The notes: a model not told the origin generated them from the letters alone. A DNA stretch of 64,000 nt from an uncultured Clostridia bacterium (GCA_944350275.1 CALVOK010000011.1:25698-89697); one strand, 5' to 3'. Counted from the stretch's first letter, positions 1 to 11,552 are shown. Translations and numbers: made by a program.

Positions 1-10
1 TAAATATAAT

Positions 11-52
11 ACAACATATAGGGTATGCACACTATTATGCAATGCATAATAG
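11..52 (+). repeat. Short (42-bp) copy of the dispersed composite repeat; palindromic core CTATTATGCAATGCATAATAG at 32-52
   Basis: Left end ACAACATATAG is identical to 59279-59289. The right end matches the palindromic core also seen at 18174, 34615, 51921 and 59320. Confidence 0.75.
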
Positions 53-105
53 AATTTTTGACTTCAAAAAGTAAACTTTGAATTTTTATATCATATAAAT
101 ACTAT

Positions 106-768
106 ATGATAGACTATGTTGTGACAAAAAAGAAGAAAAAGAAATTGTCAGCAAAAACTAAGTTTAGGATATTTTTAATATTCTTACTTGCTTTAATCAT
201 TTTGTGTTTTGTCTATTACTTTAAGGTTGTTTGTCCAATTATTGTAGGCTTGAGTCAGGAAAAAGTACGTTCGGTTGCAACAAGTACTATAAGCACAGTT
301 GTTGGTGATGTTATGGAAGAAGATGGGATGTCTTATAGCAATCTTGTTACTATAACCTATTCTTCAGAAAACAAGGTTGAACTCATTGAAGTAGATACTG
401 TGCAAGTAAATATTATTATCAGAGAGATAACTAAAAGGGTACAGGAAAAGTTTGACTTGCTTGGAGAAGAGGGGATTGATATTGCCTTAGGTACATTTAC
501 AGGCATCCCATTTTTGTTTGGAATAGGACCTGATGTGTCTATTAAACTTGTGCCAATAGGCACTATCTCAACGAGAGTTTCTTCAAACTTTACTGGTGCG
601 GGTATAAATCAAACTATTCATAGGCTTTATTTTATTGTAAACTCAAACATTGGTATGGTTTTGCCTGGAATGACACAAAATTTCCAAACAGAACTTGAGG
701 TGCTTTTGTGTGAAAACATAATTGTTGGAGAGATACCAAATGTTTATTTGCAGGGAAGTTTAATTTAG
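106..768 (+). CDS. yunB: Sporulation protein YunB
   Basis: N-terminal TM segment followed by a YunB-like core (SQEKVRSVAT..., GAGINQTIH, VGEIPNVYL) that parallels B. subtilis YunB as I recall it. Confidence 0.72.
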   Translation: MIDYVVTKKKKKKLSAKTKFRIFLIFLLALIILCFVYYFKVVCPIIVGLSQEKVRSVATSTISTVVGDVMEEDGMSYSNLVTITYSSENKVELIEVDTVQVNIIIREITKRVQEKFDLLGEEGIDIALGTFTGIPFLFGIGPDVSIKLVPIGTISTRVSSNFTGAGINQTIHRLYFIVNSNIGMVLPGMTQNFQTELEVLLCENIIVGEIPNVYLQGSLI

Positions 769-908
769 TAAAATTTATTTGTAAATAAATCATTTCATAG
801 TTTAAACTTGCAATTAGACTTGACCACAATAATTTCATAGTATTCTATTGACATAATTTTTAATTCATGATATAATTTTTGCATAAGTTTTTGTGGCAGG
901 AGAATAAG

Positions 909-1457
909 ATGAAAAGAATGAGTAGAGATGATGTAGATTTGCTATTATGCAAAGATGTTGATGGTCTTTTAAAATTAAAGAAGAAAAACATGAGGGTATA
1001 CAAGATTGCAACTGGTTTAATAGCCTTCGCTGGTGTTTTTTCTGTCGCAATGCTAATATCTTCTGCTGTTTATATATCTAATGCAGATAAAAATTTAAGC
1101 GAATTTAAAGAATCTCAGGAATATTTGGAAGAAGTGCAGTCGCAGGAACAGGAGTTAAATGCAAGTGACATGAATGATGATGATAGGCAACAAAAGTTAG
1201 AGAATATTTACTCAGACGAAAATGCTCTTGCTATCTTAAAAAATTCAAATAGTCCGCTAAGGTTTCAATACCAAAATAATTATGATATTTCCACATCTTG
1301 CTCTGTAAGTTGGATAGTTAGTTTGGCAAGCGTGATTCCTATTGGCATGGCTGGAAAACGTTATGGAGATAGATGTGACTATATAGATAAAAAACTTAAG
1401 GAGCACGAAAAAGAGGCAGTTGCTAGCATTGACTGGAAGGAAATATTTGATTTTTAG
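909..1457 (+). CDS. Hypothetical membrane/coiled-coil protein
   Basis: ORF with GGAG-type RBS before the ATG at 909. It has two hydrophobic segments flanking an acidic coiled region; no family recognised. Confidence 0.45.
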   Translation: MKRMSRDDVDLLLCKDVDGLLKLKKKNMRVYKIATGLIAFAGVFSVAMLISSAVYISNADKNLSEFKESQEYLEEVQSQEQELNASDMNDDDRQQKLENIYSDENALAILKNSNSPLRFQYQNNYDISTSCSVSWIVSLASVIPIGMAGKRYGDRCDYIDKKLKEHEKEAVASIDWKEIFDF

Positions 1458-1571
1458 GACTGTATAACATAAAAGTTATAAAAAAATAAATAAAATTTAA
1501 ATTTTTGCAAGGAAATTTGAAAAGTTTGTAGTATAATAAGACTAAAAGGTGTATTTTAGGAGTTTATTGTA

Positions 1572-3350
1572 TTGCAAAATAGGGGATATTCTGCCGACTG
1601 GCTTTATCAGTTAAAGCAGAAAAACAACATTGTATCAATTATAGGAAGATATGTTCATCTAGAGAAAAAAGGTAGTCGCTATTGGGCTTGTTGTCCCTTT
1701 CATAACGAAAAGACTGCCTCTTTTACGGTTAGTGAGGATGACGGCTTTTATTATTGTTTTGGCTGTAAAGAGTCTGGTGATGTTATAACCTTTGTAATGA
1801 AATATGAATCCTGCGATTTTGCTGATGCAGTCAAAATACTTGCTAAGAATGCAGGCATGGAAGTACCTGAGTTTACAGGTGATAAAGAGATTATTGAAAG
1901 AAAAAAAGAAAAGGAAAGGGTTTTAAAACTTTTGGACCTTACATATAAGCATTATCAGCAAAATCTTCTTCTGCCTGAGGCAAAACCTGCCCAAGAATAC
2001 ATAAAGACTCGACAATTTACCAAAAATGAAATTGATGATTTTAAAATAGGATATTCAGTAAACTGGACTGAACTTATTGATTATTTATTAAGTCAAGGGT
2101 TTACACATAAAGAAATGCTGAGTGCAGGTGTTGCACAGTGCAAGAATGACAAGTATTATGATGTAATGGCGGAGCGTCTTGTTTTTCCTATATTCGATTC
2201 TATGAATGAATGTATAGGCTTCAGTGCAAGAGTTCTTGGACAATCTGATTTTGCAAAGTATAAAAATACTGCTGAGACTATAGTTTTTCAAAAAGGAAGA
2301 GTTGTGTTTGCTATCAATTTGGTTAAAGCCTTAAAGCAACAGGGCAAACTTGATAAAATTATCATAGTGGAGGGACAAATTGATGTTATAGCAATGCATA
2401 AGGCAGGCTTTAAATCAACTGTTGCTTGCATGGGAACGGCTCTTACAAAGGAAAATGCACACGAACTTAAGAAACTCTCAAACAAGATAGTGCTGTGTTT
2501 TGACGGTGATGATGCGGGAACAAAAGCAACTTTGCGAAGTATAGATATATTGAGAGATGAGGGATTTGATGTTACTATTGTATCTCTTCCTGATAAGCAT
2601 GACCCAGATGAAATTTTAAAAGAATATGGCAGGGAGTACCTTGAAAAGTTAATTGAAAGTGCTTTGCCAATCACAGATTATTTAATTAATTATGAACTAA
2701 AAAATTATGATATAAACAAGCCTGATGAAAAGGGTAAATTTGCTACAAGTGTGCTTAAACATATTGCAAAACTTGGCTCAAACAGCGAGGAAGAACCTTA
2801 CCTTGATAAACTTCGTTCTTTAACAGGCATACCAAATGATGTGTTAAGGCGAGATTTAGATAAAATTAAAGGTGAAAAAATAGAGGAAAAAAGTGATAAA
2901 AATATAACCGATAGTGTTTTAATTTCTAGGCAAAATGGCAATATTAAGGCTATAAGATTTATATTGAGTTCGCTTATTTACAAAAAGGACTATGTAGATA
3001 AGAAAATAGACTATTGTAAATTGTTGCCAGGATATAAAGACATTATAGAAAAAGCAAATGAAGGCTTGCCAATCTCATCATATTTTGACTATTTTGATGT
3101 TGAAGGAATACCTATTTTAAAAGATTGTCTCAACTTTGATTTCTTAGAAGTCAAGGATGTAGACAAAAGGTATTTTGATGAATGTGTATGGGCAGTCGCT
3201 AAACAGGAATTTGAGAGAAAGTTGACAGAATTAAACGAAAAATATAAGCAGTGCGAAACAGTCGACGAGAGAGTCAATGTCGCTACGCAAATAAGCGAAT
3301 TAAATAAGGTTATTCAAAAGAAAAATGTGGAGGAATTTTATGTCAGATAA
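1572..3350 (+). CDS. dnaG: DNA primase DnaG
   Basis: Zinc-binding motif [14 protein letters not shown]...YYCFGC, TOPRIM region ([16 protein letters not shown]), and position directly upstream of rpoD. TTG start. Confidence 0.92.
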   Translation: MQNRGYSADWLYQLKQKNNIVSIIGRYVHLEKKGSRYWACCPFHNEKTASFTVSEDDGFYYCFGCKESGDVITFVMKYESCDFADAVKILAKNAGMEVPEFTGDKEIIERKKEKERVLKLLDLTYKHYQQNLLLPEAKPAQEYIKTRQFTKNEIDDFKIGYSVNWTELIDYLLSQGFTHKEMLSAGVAQCKNDKYYDVMAERLVFPIFDSMNECIGFSARVLGQSDFAKYKNTAETIVFQKGRVVFAINLVKALKQQGKLDKIIIVEGQIDVIAMHKAGFKSTVACMGTALTKENAHELKKLSNKIVLCFDGDDAGTKATLRSIDILRDEGFDVTIVSLPDKHDPDEILKEYGREYLEKLIESALPITDYLINYELKNYDINKPDEKGKFATSVLKHIAKLGSNSEEEPYLDKLRSLTGIPNDVLRRDLDKIKGEKIEEKSDKNITDSVLISRQNGNIKAIRFILSSLIYKKDYVDKKIDYCKLLPGYKDIIEKANEGLPISSYFDYFDVEGIPILKDCLNFDFLEVKDVDKRYFDECVWAVAKQEFERKLTELNEKYKQCETVDERVNVATQISELNKVIQKKNVEEFYVR

Positions 3351-4404
3351 TGTTAAACTTGATTTAGAAATGAAAAGAATTTTTGATGTTGCGACCAAAA
3401 AAGGTTCTATTAATGAGGAGGACGTTTATTTTAGGCTTCTAAAATTTGACCTATCAGCACAAGAAATTCAAAAATTTATAAAAAAACTTGAAAATAATAA
3501 GATTAGAATTTTAAAGACTGATACCGACACTGAGGATACTGAACCACTTGACCTAGGTGTTGCTGGCTTTGTTTTAGGTGATGACCCTGTTAAAATGTAT
3601 TTAAAGGATATAGGCAAAGTGCCACTTCTCTCGTCGGATGAGGAAATTGAACTTGCAAAACGAATTCTTGATGGTGATAAAGAGGCTAAAAGTAGACTTT
3701 GTCAGGCAAATCTTAGGCTTGTTGTATCAATAGCAAAAAGATGGGCAAATACAAACTCATTGTCTTTTCTTGACCTGATTCAAGAGGGAAATATGGGGCT
3801 TTTAAGAGCAGTTGAAAAATTCGATTATACAAAAGGTTTTAGATTTTCAACCTATGCTACTTGGTGGATTAAACAGGCAATTACAAGAGCAATTGCTGAC
3901 CAATCAAGAACTATAAGACTTCCTGTACACATGGTTGAAACAATCAATAGATATGGAAGAACTGTAAGACAACTGACTCAGAAATTATCAAGAGAGCCGA
4001 CCCTTGAAGAGATTGCAGAAGAAATGGGTATAAGTGAAAATAAGGTTGTTGAAATTCAAAAGAGCGCTCTTGACCCTGTTTCGCTTGAAACACCTATTGG
4101 AGAGGAAGAAGATAGCAAGATGAGCGATTTTATAGAGGACGAAAGTGCAAAAAGCCCTATGGAAGTTGCCTCTCAAAAACTTTTGCATGAACAACTTTTA
4201 TCAGTAATTGAAACATTGACTCCAAGAGAACAACAGGTAATTCGTGAAAGATATGGACTTATTGATGGCAAGGCTAAGACACTTGAAGAGGTAGGCAAAG
4301 AGTTTAGTGTCACAAGAGAACGTATTCGTCAAATTGAAGCAAAGGCACTTAGAAAATTAAAACATCCAAATAGAAGCAAGAAACTGCTTGATTTTATGAA
4401 CTAA
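3340..4404 (+). CDS. rpoD: Primary RNA polymerase sigma factor (SigA/RpoD)
   Basis: Region 2 ([27 protein letters not shown]) and region 4 ([27 protein letters not shown]). GGAGG RBS before the ATG at 3340; the track start at 3325 overlaps dnaG. Confidence 0.93.
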   Translation: MSDNVKLDLEMKRIFDVATKKGSINEEDVYFRLLKFDLSAQEIQKFIKKLENNKIRILKTDTDTEDTEPLDLGVAGFVLGDDPVKMYLKDIGKVPLLSSDEEIELAKRILDGDKEAKSRLCQANLRLVVSIAKRWANTNSLSFLDLIQEGNMGLLRAVEKFDYTKGFRFSTYATWWIKQAITRAIADQSRTIRLPVHMVETINRYGRTVRQLTQKLSREPTLEEIAEEMGISENKVVEIQKSALDPVSLETPIGEEEDSKMSDFIEDESAKSPMEVASQKLLHEQLLSVIETLTPREQQVIRERYGLIDGKAKTLEEVGKEFSVTRERIRQIEAKALRKLKHPNRSKKLLDFMN

Positions 4405-4416
4405 AAGGAGAATTTT

Positions 4417-5115
4417 ATGGATTTAAGTAATATTTTGGAATATCAGAAATTAGATAGCCAACTTGTAAAAATAGAACGTCAAATTAAAGACAATACAAAC
4501 AAAAAAAATGCAAATAAGATGCATGAAAATATGAGAGAGGCACAAAGTAGGTCTTTGAAACTTGAAGAAAAAGCAGGTTCAATTCTTAGTGAAATTGAAA
4601 AAATAAAAAAGCAATTTAAAATTCAGCAAGAAAAGATGGAAGAGTTTGCCTCAAAAGACCTCGAAAAAATGACGACTGAGGAACTTAATAAACTTTCAGT
4701 TTTAAAGGATAAGTTAGCACAAAACCTCTCCATCTTAGAGCGTAATTTATCATCCCTTGCTGAAACAGTAAATGCGGTACTTTCAGACTTTAATAAGACA
4801 ATAAAAACTTTCAATAACAGCAAAGAGCAATACAACAAAAGCAAAACTGATTATGAAAACGATATAAAATCTGTTGAAGATAGCAAGAAAGAAATTGAGG
4901 ATAAACTTAAAAATCTTAGTAAAGGCATTGATAATAAAATTATGGATGCCTATCAAAAACGAAGGAAAGAAAATATCTTTCCTGTAGTTGTGCCTCTTGT
5001 AAATAATTCTTGTGGCGGATGCCATATAGAACTTCCTTATGCTAACATCTCAAAACTTGAGGATGAGGGGATTTTGACGTGTGAACATTGTCACAGGCTT
5101 ATTTATAAGGGTTAG
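4417..5115 (+). CDS. Coiled-coil protein with C-terminal C4 zinc ribbon (COG1579-like)
   Basis: Long coiled coil followed by CGGCHIELP...CEHCHRLIY. Confidence 0.6.
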   Translation: MDLSNILEYQKLDSQLVKIERQIKDNTNKKNANKMHENMREAQSRSLKLEEKAGSILSEIEKIKKQFKIQQEKMEEFASKDLEKMTTEELNKLSVLKDKLAQNLSILERNLSSLAETVNAVLSDFNKTIKTFNNSKEQYNKSKTDYENDIKSVEDSKKEIEDKLKNLSKGIDNKIMDAYQKRRKENIFPVVVPLVNNSCGGCHIELPYANISKLEDEGILTCEHCHRLIYKG

Positions 5116-5287
5116 GAAAAGATAAAAATTACATAAGACAAGGGAAATTTCAAACAATCAAAATAAGCCCTTGTTTTTTGTTGTGCAAATTTTAAAAAGA
5201 TATAAATGCAAAATAATTTAAAATTTGCTTGCTATATTTATACAAATAAAATATAATATAATCATAGATAGTTTAAAGGCGGATTAT

Positions 5288-7672
5288 ATGATATTTAAAA
5301 AATTTTTTAACAAAGACGCCGATAAAGTAAAGCATTTTGCTCAACAATTCAATTTGTCAGAAAGAGTTACAGAACTATTATTATCAAGGGGATTAAACAC
5401 AAGTGAAGATATTGAAGAATTTTTGAACCCTAAGAAATTACACAATCCTTTTCTTTTAAAGGATATGCAAAAACTTGTAGATAGAGTGAAACTTGCTAAA
5501 GAATTAAAGGACAAAGTGCTAATCTTTGGTGATTATGATGTGGATGGTGTTAGCGCGACATCTATAATGCTTAAAACATTAAAGTTATATGGAATAAATG
5601 CTGATTATTACCTGCCCAATAGATATATTGATGGCTATGGTTTAACAAATCAAGTTATTGATAAGATAGCCAGCACTTATTCGCCAAATCTTATTATCAC
5701 AGTCGACTGTGGTATTTCTTGCTATAAAGAAGTTGAATATGCAAAAAATATTGGTATAGAAATATGTGTTACAGACCATCACGAAATACCTGAGGTAATT
5801 CCCGATACGATAGTTGTAAACGCAAAACTTCCAGGTCAGGAATATCCTTTTAAAGAACTTTGTGGTACAGGTGTTGCTTTTAAGTTTGCTCAGGCATTAT
5901 TAGGCGAAAAAGAGGCAAGGCAATTTCTTCCTGAAACTGCAATAGCAACTATTGTGGATATTGTTCCACTTTTAAATGAAAATAGGACAATAGTCGCTTT
6001 GGGACTAAAACTTTGCGAAAAATATTTACCAATTGGACTTAAAATGATGTTTAAAGAATATGGCATAGCACTAACAAATCCAAATGCGACTGATATCTCT
6101 TTTAAGATTGGGCCTAAACTGAATGCATCAGGGCGGATGGGTGATGCCAGTGATTCACTTAAGATATATTTCGAGACCGACCCTGTGCAAGTTAAAAAGG
6201 ACCTTGAAAAAATTAAACAGCATAATACAAAGAGACAGGAAATTTGCAATAAAATTTATGATGATTGCGAAAAGGCTCTTGAAAAAGTTGATATGAGAGG
6301 TCAACGTGTTATCACTCTTGCATCAAAAGCATGGGACAAAGGTGTACTGGGTATAGTTTGCTCGCGACTTGTTGAAAAATACCATAAACCTACCTTTTTA
6401 TTCGCTCAAGAGGGAGATTTGCTGTGTGGTTCAGGGCGAAGCATTACTGATATCAATATTCATGAACTTTTGTCCTCGCTAAAAGACATTTTGGAGACTT
6501 TTGGTGGACATTCTATGGCGGCAGGACTTACCCTTAAACGAAAAAACTATGAATTGTTCACTCAAAAAATTAACTCCTTCGCACTTGGCAATATAAATGA
6601 TGAGGTCTACATACCTATCAAGTATTATGACCAAGATATAACTGATGAGGAAGTAACTCCTGAATTTTTAAAAGAACTTGAAAAACTTGAACCTTATGGT
6701 TGTGATAATCCAAGACCCAAATTTCGAATTACCGCACAAGAAATTGACCTTCAACCAATGAAAAAATATCCTCAACATTCAAATATAAAGATAGGCAACC
6801 TTAATCTTACCTACTTTAATTTTACAAACAATATAGTCAAAATAAAATTTTCACGAAAAAAATCTTTTATATTTGAATTTCAACCTCTTTCGAATAAAGG
6901 GATTGTAGATGAGTTTGATGGTGGAAGTTTTATAGTCGAGGATTCATATAAAAAACTTAATTCCATTGAATTAAATCAGTTGGTTATCAAAGGCGACGGC
7001 AATGCAAAATTTAAACTCTATCCAAAAGAGCAACTCTTATCCTTTATTGGTGGAACGACGACATCAGTTTTTGGAACTTGCTTTGTGACTTATTCTTGCT
7101 TTGACTATGTAGAGTTTAATAAAAATTACAACACCCAGGGGATATATCAGTTTGGTATATATGAGGATAAGGAGATAGGTTATAATTCTCTTTTGCTATC
7201 GCCAAAAGGAATAGGTTGGGCAAAAAATTTCAATAAGATTATTTTCTTGTCACCTGTGATTGATAAGAATTTTATATCAGCATTAAATAAAGTTACAGAT
7301 GCTGAAATATACATTCCTGTAGAAGAACTAGGTAATCCACGGAAATTTGCTGGCATTGACCTTGATAGAAAGACTTTCGGCAGTGTGTATAAAGCAATTT
7401 CAAATAAGGCAAACAAAGAAGTTTACAATGTGTTTGACTTATACGACAGGTGTGACTTTGGCGACAAAGTATCATTCAGCACGTTTTATTGTGCCTTACT
7501 TGTCTTTAATGAACTTAAGATAATTGATATAGAAAGTGACAAACAGATAAAATTAAAAATCAATAAGTCTATAAAAAGTGATTTGATGAAGTCTAAAATA
7601 TATAATAATTTACTGCTTTTAAAAAATACTTTTAAAGGAGAAATTGATAATGCAAGACGAAACATCTATTAG
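5288..7672 (+). CDS. recJ: Single-stranded-DNA-specific exonuclease RecJ
   Basis: DHH motifs (IFGDYDVDGVSA, ITVDCG, VTDHH) and DHHA1 (GGHSMAAG). The ATG at 5288 is preferred over the track start. Confidence 0.88.
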   Translation: MIFKKFFNKDADKVKHFAQQFNLSERVTELLLSRGLNTSEDIEEFLNPKKLHNPFLLKDMQKLVDRVKLAKELKDKVLIFGDYDVDGVSATSIMLKTLKLYGINADYYLPNRYIDGYGLTNQVIDKIASTYSPNLIITVDCGISCYKEVEYAKNIGIEICVTDHHEIPEVIPDTIVVNAKLPGQEYPFKELCGTGVAFKFAQALLGEKEARQFLPETAIATIVDIVPLLNENRTIVALGLKLCEKYLPIGLKMMFKEYGIALTNPNATDISFKIGPKLNASGRMGDASDSLKIYFETDPVQVKKDLEKIKQHNTKRQEICNKIYDDCEKALEKVDMRGQRVITLASKAWDKGVLGIVCSRLVEKYHKPTFLFAQEGDLLCGSGRSITDINIHELLSSLKDILETFGGHSMAAGLTLKRKNYELFTQKINSFALGNINDEVYIPIKYYDQDITDEEVTPEFLKELEKLEPYGCDNPRPKFRITAQEIDLQPMKKYPQHSNIKIGNLNLTYFNFTNNIVKIKFSRKKSFIFEFQPLSNKGIVDEFDGGSFIVEDSYKKLNSIELNQLVIKGDGNAKFKLYPKEQLLSFIGGTTTSVFGTCFVTYSCFDYVEFNKNYNTQGIYQFGIYEDKEIGYNSLLLSPKGIGWAKNFNKIIFLSPVIDKNFISALNKVTDAEIYIPVEELGNPRKFAGIDLDRKTFGSVYKAISNKANKEVYNVFDLYDRCDFGDKVSFSTFYCALLVFNELKIIDIESDKQIKLKINKSIKSDLMKSKIYNNLLLLKNTFKGEIDNARRNIY

Positions 7673-9761
7673 TCTGTTAAAAGAAAAAATCAGTAAAAAT
7701 TTCAAATTGAATGAAAGAGATAACGAAATTATAGATGAGGTGTTAAGTCATGACCTTAACTATGATAGAATAAATGTAATTACCAAATTGATTATAGATA
7801 CGAGACTTGATAAAAGTTCCCTCATTGCTTTTTTGTGCTATCAACTCTATAAGGTTTATAAGCAGGATGGAGAGGCACTTGAGGCAAAGTTAAACGAAGA
7901 AGAAAGGGCAATGGTTGAGGATTACAAGACCATAAAGGATATAAATCAACTTACTTTAAGTGAAGAGATAGAAGATATTAGACGAATGTTTCTTGTGATG
8001 AGTAATGATATGCGAGTGGTTATCATCAAACTCTGTGGCATTTATTATGATATATCAAAATTAAATCTCCCACTAGACGAAAACGAGTGGCATTTTGTCA
8101 AGCAGGTTGAGGACATCCATGTTCCACTTGCCGAAAGATTAGGTCTTGATAAACTAAAACAAAATCTCTATGATAATGTGATAAGACTTGAGCATCCAAG
8201 CGAGTACAACAGATTAAAAAATACTATTGAAAGCAAACGTGAGGAGAACGAAGAACAACTAAAGATAACAAAACAGAAAATCCAATCTATACTCGATGAC
8301 CTTAAAATAAATGGTGAAATTGTCTGTCGAATAAAGCACGTATCATCAATATTTAATAAACTTCACAATAAACGTTTAACCCTTGACCAAATCTATGACA
8401 TACTTGCAATGAGGGTTATTGTTGATACTGTTGAGGAATGTTATGCAGTGTTAGGGCGAATTCATGCAATTTACAAGCCTATGACGGGGCGAGTTAAAGA
8501 TTATATAGCGAATCCTAAACCTAATGGTTATAAGTCGCTTCATACGACTATAATAGTTGAAAATCAACATCCACTTGAGGTCCAAATCAGGACAAAAGAA
8601 ATGCATAGAGAGTCCGAATTTGGTGGCGTGTGTGCACACTGGCTATATAAAGAGAAAAAGGATAAAAAATCTGATTTTGATAATAGACTTACATGGTTTA
8701 GGCAAACTATAGAGAATGCTAAAAGTATGTCAAATGAGGATTTTATTGAGACGCTAAAAAGTGACCTCTATGATGGTGTAATCATAGTGCAAACACCTAA
8801 GGGAAGAGTAATTGAATTTCCTGAAGGTGCAACCGCAATAGATTTTGCCTATGCAATTCATACAGATATAGGCAATAGTTGTGTTGGCGCAAAAATAAAT
8901 GGAGTGCTTAAGCCTATCACCACGCAGTTGTGCAACGGAGATATTGTGGAGATTTTGACCTCATCTCATTCAAAAGGACCATCACGAGATTGGCTGAAAT
9001 ATGTTAGAACTAGTGGCGCAAGAGGCAAAATAAAGGCATTCTTTAAAAGTGAACTTAAAGAGGATAACATTAAACTTGGTAAAACTATGCTAACTCAAGC
9101 AATACAAGATAAAGGTTTTACCACTTCTCAACTATTAACTGAAAAGTATAATAATGAAATTTTAAAACGATACAATATGGATAGTGTTGATGAACTGTGT
9201 TCGTCAATTGGCTCTGGTTCGATGACTGCAGGTCAAGTTGCAAGCAGGTATATAAATCTTTACAATAATGATAATGCAACATTACCAAAAGTTGAAAGTG
9301 TTGTCCACTTAAAAAGAAATAAAGATGGTGTACTTGTTGATGGTGATAGCGGTATGCTTGTAAGATTTGCAGGCTGTTGTAATCCAATTGAGGGTGATGA
9401 TATTATAGGTTATATATCGCGAGGAAGAGGTGTTACAGTGCACCGAAAAAATTGTTCTAATTTAAGATATTTAGAAAGTGAACGACTTATTGATGCACAG
9501 TGGCAAGTTAAGGAGGGGGCAACATTCTCGGCAATTATAAAGGTGATAGCAGAGAAAGCCGAGAATAACCTTGTTAAACTGACAAACCTTATTACATCAT
9601 TAAAAATAAATATTAAAGGTTTTGATGCAAAGGATGTTGGCGACTCTTTTATATGCACGCTTCGTATAGAGGTTAAAAACAAGGATGAACTTAACAATGC
9701 AATTAAGTCTATCAGAAATCTTAAAAATGTCAATGAAGTTTATAGGAGTGAAAGATGGTAA
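7650..9761 (+). CDS. relA: Long RelA/SpoT-homolog (p)ppGpp synthetase with a degenerate hydrolase domain
   Basis: Synthetase motifs are intact (RIKHVSSIFNKL, DILAMRVIV, YIANPKPNGYKSLHT, EVQIRTKEMH). TGS domain (VQTPKGRVIEFPEGATAIDFAY) and a C-terminal ACT-like domain are present. HD and ED hydrolase motifs are absent. Confidence 0.85.
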   Translation: MQDETSISLLKEKISKNFKLNERDNEIIDEVLSHDLNYDRINVITKLIIDTRLDKSSLIAFLCYQLYKVYKQDGEALEAKLNEEERAMVEDYKTIKDINQLTLSEEIEDIRRMFLVMSNDMRVVIIKLCGIYYDISKLNLPLDENEWHFVKQVEDIHVPLAERLGLDKLKQNLYDNVIRLEHPSEYNRLKNTIESKREENEEQLKITKQKIQSILDDLKINGEIVCRIKHVSSIFNKLHNKRLTLDQIYDILAMRVIVDTVEECYAVLGRIHAIYKPMTGRVKDYIANPKPNGYKSLHTTIIVENQHPLEVQIRTKEMHRESEFGGVCAHWLYKEKKDKKSDFDNRLTWFRQTIENAKSMSNEDFIETLKSDLYDGVIIVQTPKGRVIEFPEGATAIDFAYAIHTDIGNSCVGAKINGVLKPITTQLCNGDIVEILTSSHSKGPSRDWLKYVRTSGARGKIKAFFKSELKEDNIKLGKTMLTQAIQDKGFTTSQLLTEKYNNEILKRYNMDSVDELCSSIGSGSMTAGQVASRYINLYNNDNATLPKVESVVHLKRNKDGVLVDGDSGMLVRFAGCCNPIEGDDIIGYISRGRGVTVHRKNCSNLRYLESERLIDAQWQVKEGATFSAIIKVIAEKAENNLVKLTNLITSLKINIKGFDAKDVGDSFICTLRIEVKNKDELNNAIKSIRNLKNVNEVYRSERW

Positions 9762-11155
9762 AGACAAATTGTGAAGATTTAGAATTAGACCTTGTTGACT
9801 TATACAATCTGTTTGAACCGTCCGAAAATATTATACTCGAGCATAAAGAGATAGAAGAGAATAACAAGATAACAAATTTATTTACATTTCGTATAGATGA
9901 TGAAGAAAAAGAATATACATTTTCCTATGATATTGATGAGCATTTATCAGACCTGAGGAAAAAATCTTTAAGGAAAAGGATGGTAAAAAATCAATTATAT
10001 AAGATATTGTCAGAAAATTTAAATAAAACTCTTCCATGGGGGTCATTAACAGGCGTAAGACCGACCAAACTTGCTCGTGATTTGATTGACTATGGGGAGA
10101 TGAAAGATTATTTAGTTGCCGAGATGCTCAAGCGAGATTATTTTGTCTCACCACAGAAAGCAGAACTTGTAGCAAATATTCTTAGAAATCAAAAATGTAT
10201 TATAAGGAATGACAATTTAATAGACCTTTATATTAACATTCCCATCTGCCCAACAAGATGTATTTATTGTTCTTTCATCTCAAGCGAACTTGTCAAGATT
10301 AAAGATAAGGTTGAAAAATATATTGATACAGTCATAAAAGAAATCAATGCAGTAAAAGAAATTATAAAGGACAGGGCTTATGTGGTAAGATCAATCTACA
10401 TAGGTGGCGGAACTCCATCAGTATTATCTGCCAAACAACTTGATAGGTTGCTTAATGAAGTTAATTTTTTGGCTAGCGAATTTACCGTCGAGTGTGGGAG
10501 GGCAGATACAATAAATGAAGAAAAACTTGATGTTTTAAAAGAACATGGAGTAAGTCGAATTTCAATCAATCCTCAAACTTTTTGCGAGGCGACTCTTAAA
10601 AGGATAGGAAGGAAACAGAAGAATAAAGAGATAATATATGCCTATCAAAAGGCGTTAGAGCGAGATTTTGTTGCCAATATGGACTTTATTGCAGGGCTCC
10701 CTGGTGAAAAGTTGGGTATTTTTAAAAGGACAATAAATACAGCAATAGAACTTTATCCAAATAATATAACAGTTCATACTTTATCATTAAAAAGAGGGTC
10801 AAATCTCTTTAATCAAAAAGATTTTCCTCAAAATAAAGATATTGAAAAAATGATTGATTATGCAAAGGATACTCTAACTCAAAATGGATATAAGCCCTAT
10901 TATCTTTATAGACAAAAACACCAACTTGGCGGGCTTGAAAATGTTGGCTATTTTAGAGATGGTGATGTGTGCATATTTAATATTGATAGTATGGAAGAGA
11001 TAAATACTATTATAGGGATAGGCGCAAATGCCATAAGTAAACGAGTTTACAATATAGAAAAACATATTGATAGACTGCCTAATGTTAAATTTATAGAAGA
11101 TTATATTGCACGAATAGATGAAATGATTGAAAAGAAAAAAGAATTTTTTAAATAA
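9755..11155 (+). CDS. HemN/HemZ-like radical SAM protein (oxygen-independent coproporphyrinogen oxidase family)
   Basis: CPTRCIYCSF radical-SAM cysteine motif, GGGTPS, and overall HemZ-like length. Confidence 0.7.
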   Translation: MVKTNCEDLELDLVDLYNLFEPSENIILEHKEIEENNKITNLFTFRIDDEEKEYTFSYDIDEHLSDLRKKSLRKRMVKNQLYKILSENLNKTLPWGSLTGVRPTKLARDLIDYGEMKDYLVAEMLKRDYFVSPQKAELVANILRNQKCIIRNDNLIDLYINIPICPTRCIYCSFISSELVKIKDKVEKYIDTVIKEINAVKEIIKDRAYVVRSIYIGGGTPSVLSAKQLDRLLNEVNFLASEFTVECGRADTINEEKLDVLKEHGVSRISINPQTFCEATLKRIGRKQKNKEIIYAYQKALERDFVANMDFIAGLPGEKLGIFKRTINTAIELYPNNITVHTLSLKRGSNLFNQKDFPQNKDIEKMIDYAKDTLTQNGYKPYYLYRQKHQLGGLENVGYFRDGDVCIFNIDSMEEINTIIGIGANAISKRVYNIEKHIDRLPNVKFIEDYIARIDEMIEKKKEFFK

Positions 11156-11168
11156 AATCAGAAAATAG

Positions 11169-11256
11169 TTTACAAATCATTTTGTTTGTGCTATAATGAA
11201 AAAGTCGATAAGCCTTGCTACGCAGTCATGAGGAGACCTTCTGGCGCTTGACTTCG
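11169..11256 (+). promoter_or_regulatory. rpsO promoter (TTTACA-N17-TATAAT) plus a structured 5' leader, a candidate S15 autoregulatory element
   Basis: -35 at 11169-11174 and -10 at 11192-11197. In the leader, AAGTCGATAAGC ... GCTTGACTT can pair as two helices with a 3-nt bulge. Confidence 0.4.
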
Positions 11257-11288
11257 TATAAGGGATAAATAAAAAATAGGAGGAAAAC

Positions 11289-11552
11289 ATGGAAGCAAAG
11301 AAAGATATAATTGCTAAGTTTAAGCAATCTGAAAACGACACAGGTTCTGTTCAAGTTCAAATTGCATTGCTTACTGCAAGAATCAACCATTTAAATGAGC
11401 ACCTTAAAGCAAATCCAAAAGATAATCACTCTCGAAGAGGACTTCTTCAAATGGTTGGTAAAAGAAAAGGTTTCTTACTTTATCTCAAAGAAAGAGATAT
11501 TGAAACATATAGAAATCTAATCAAAGAACTTGGCATAAGAGAGGTAAAATAA
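11289..11552 (+). CDS. rpsO: 30S ribosomal protein S15
   Basis: 87 aa with typical S15 sequence ([34 protein letters not shown]). Confidence 0.96.
   Translation: MEAKKDIIAKFKQSENDTGSVQVQIALLTARINHLNEHLKANPKDNHSRRGLLQMVGKRKGFLLYLKERDIETYRNLIKELGIREVK

Noticed and set aside
2288-2674. Long antisense ORFs inside conserved genes (for example 2288-2674, 5890-6249, 9410-9733, 13186-13578, 37650-37997, 41911-42207, 55745-55963)
   Set aside because: These are shadow ORFs opposite strongly conserved coding frames. They have low-complexity or biased composition and no RBS.
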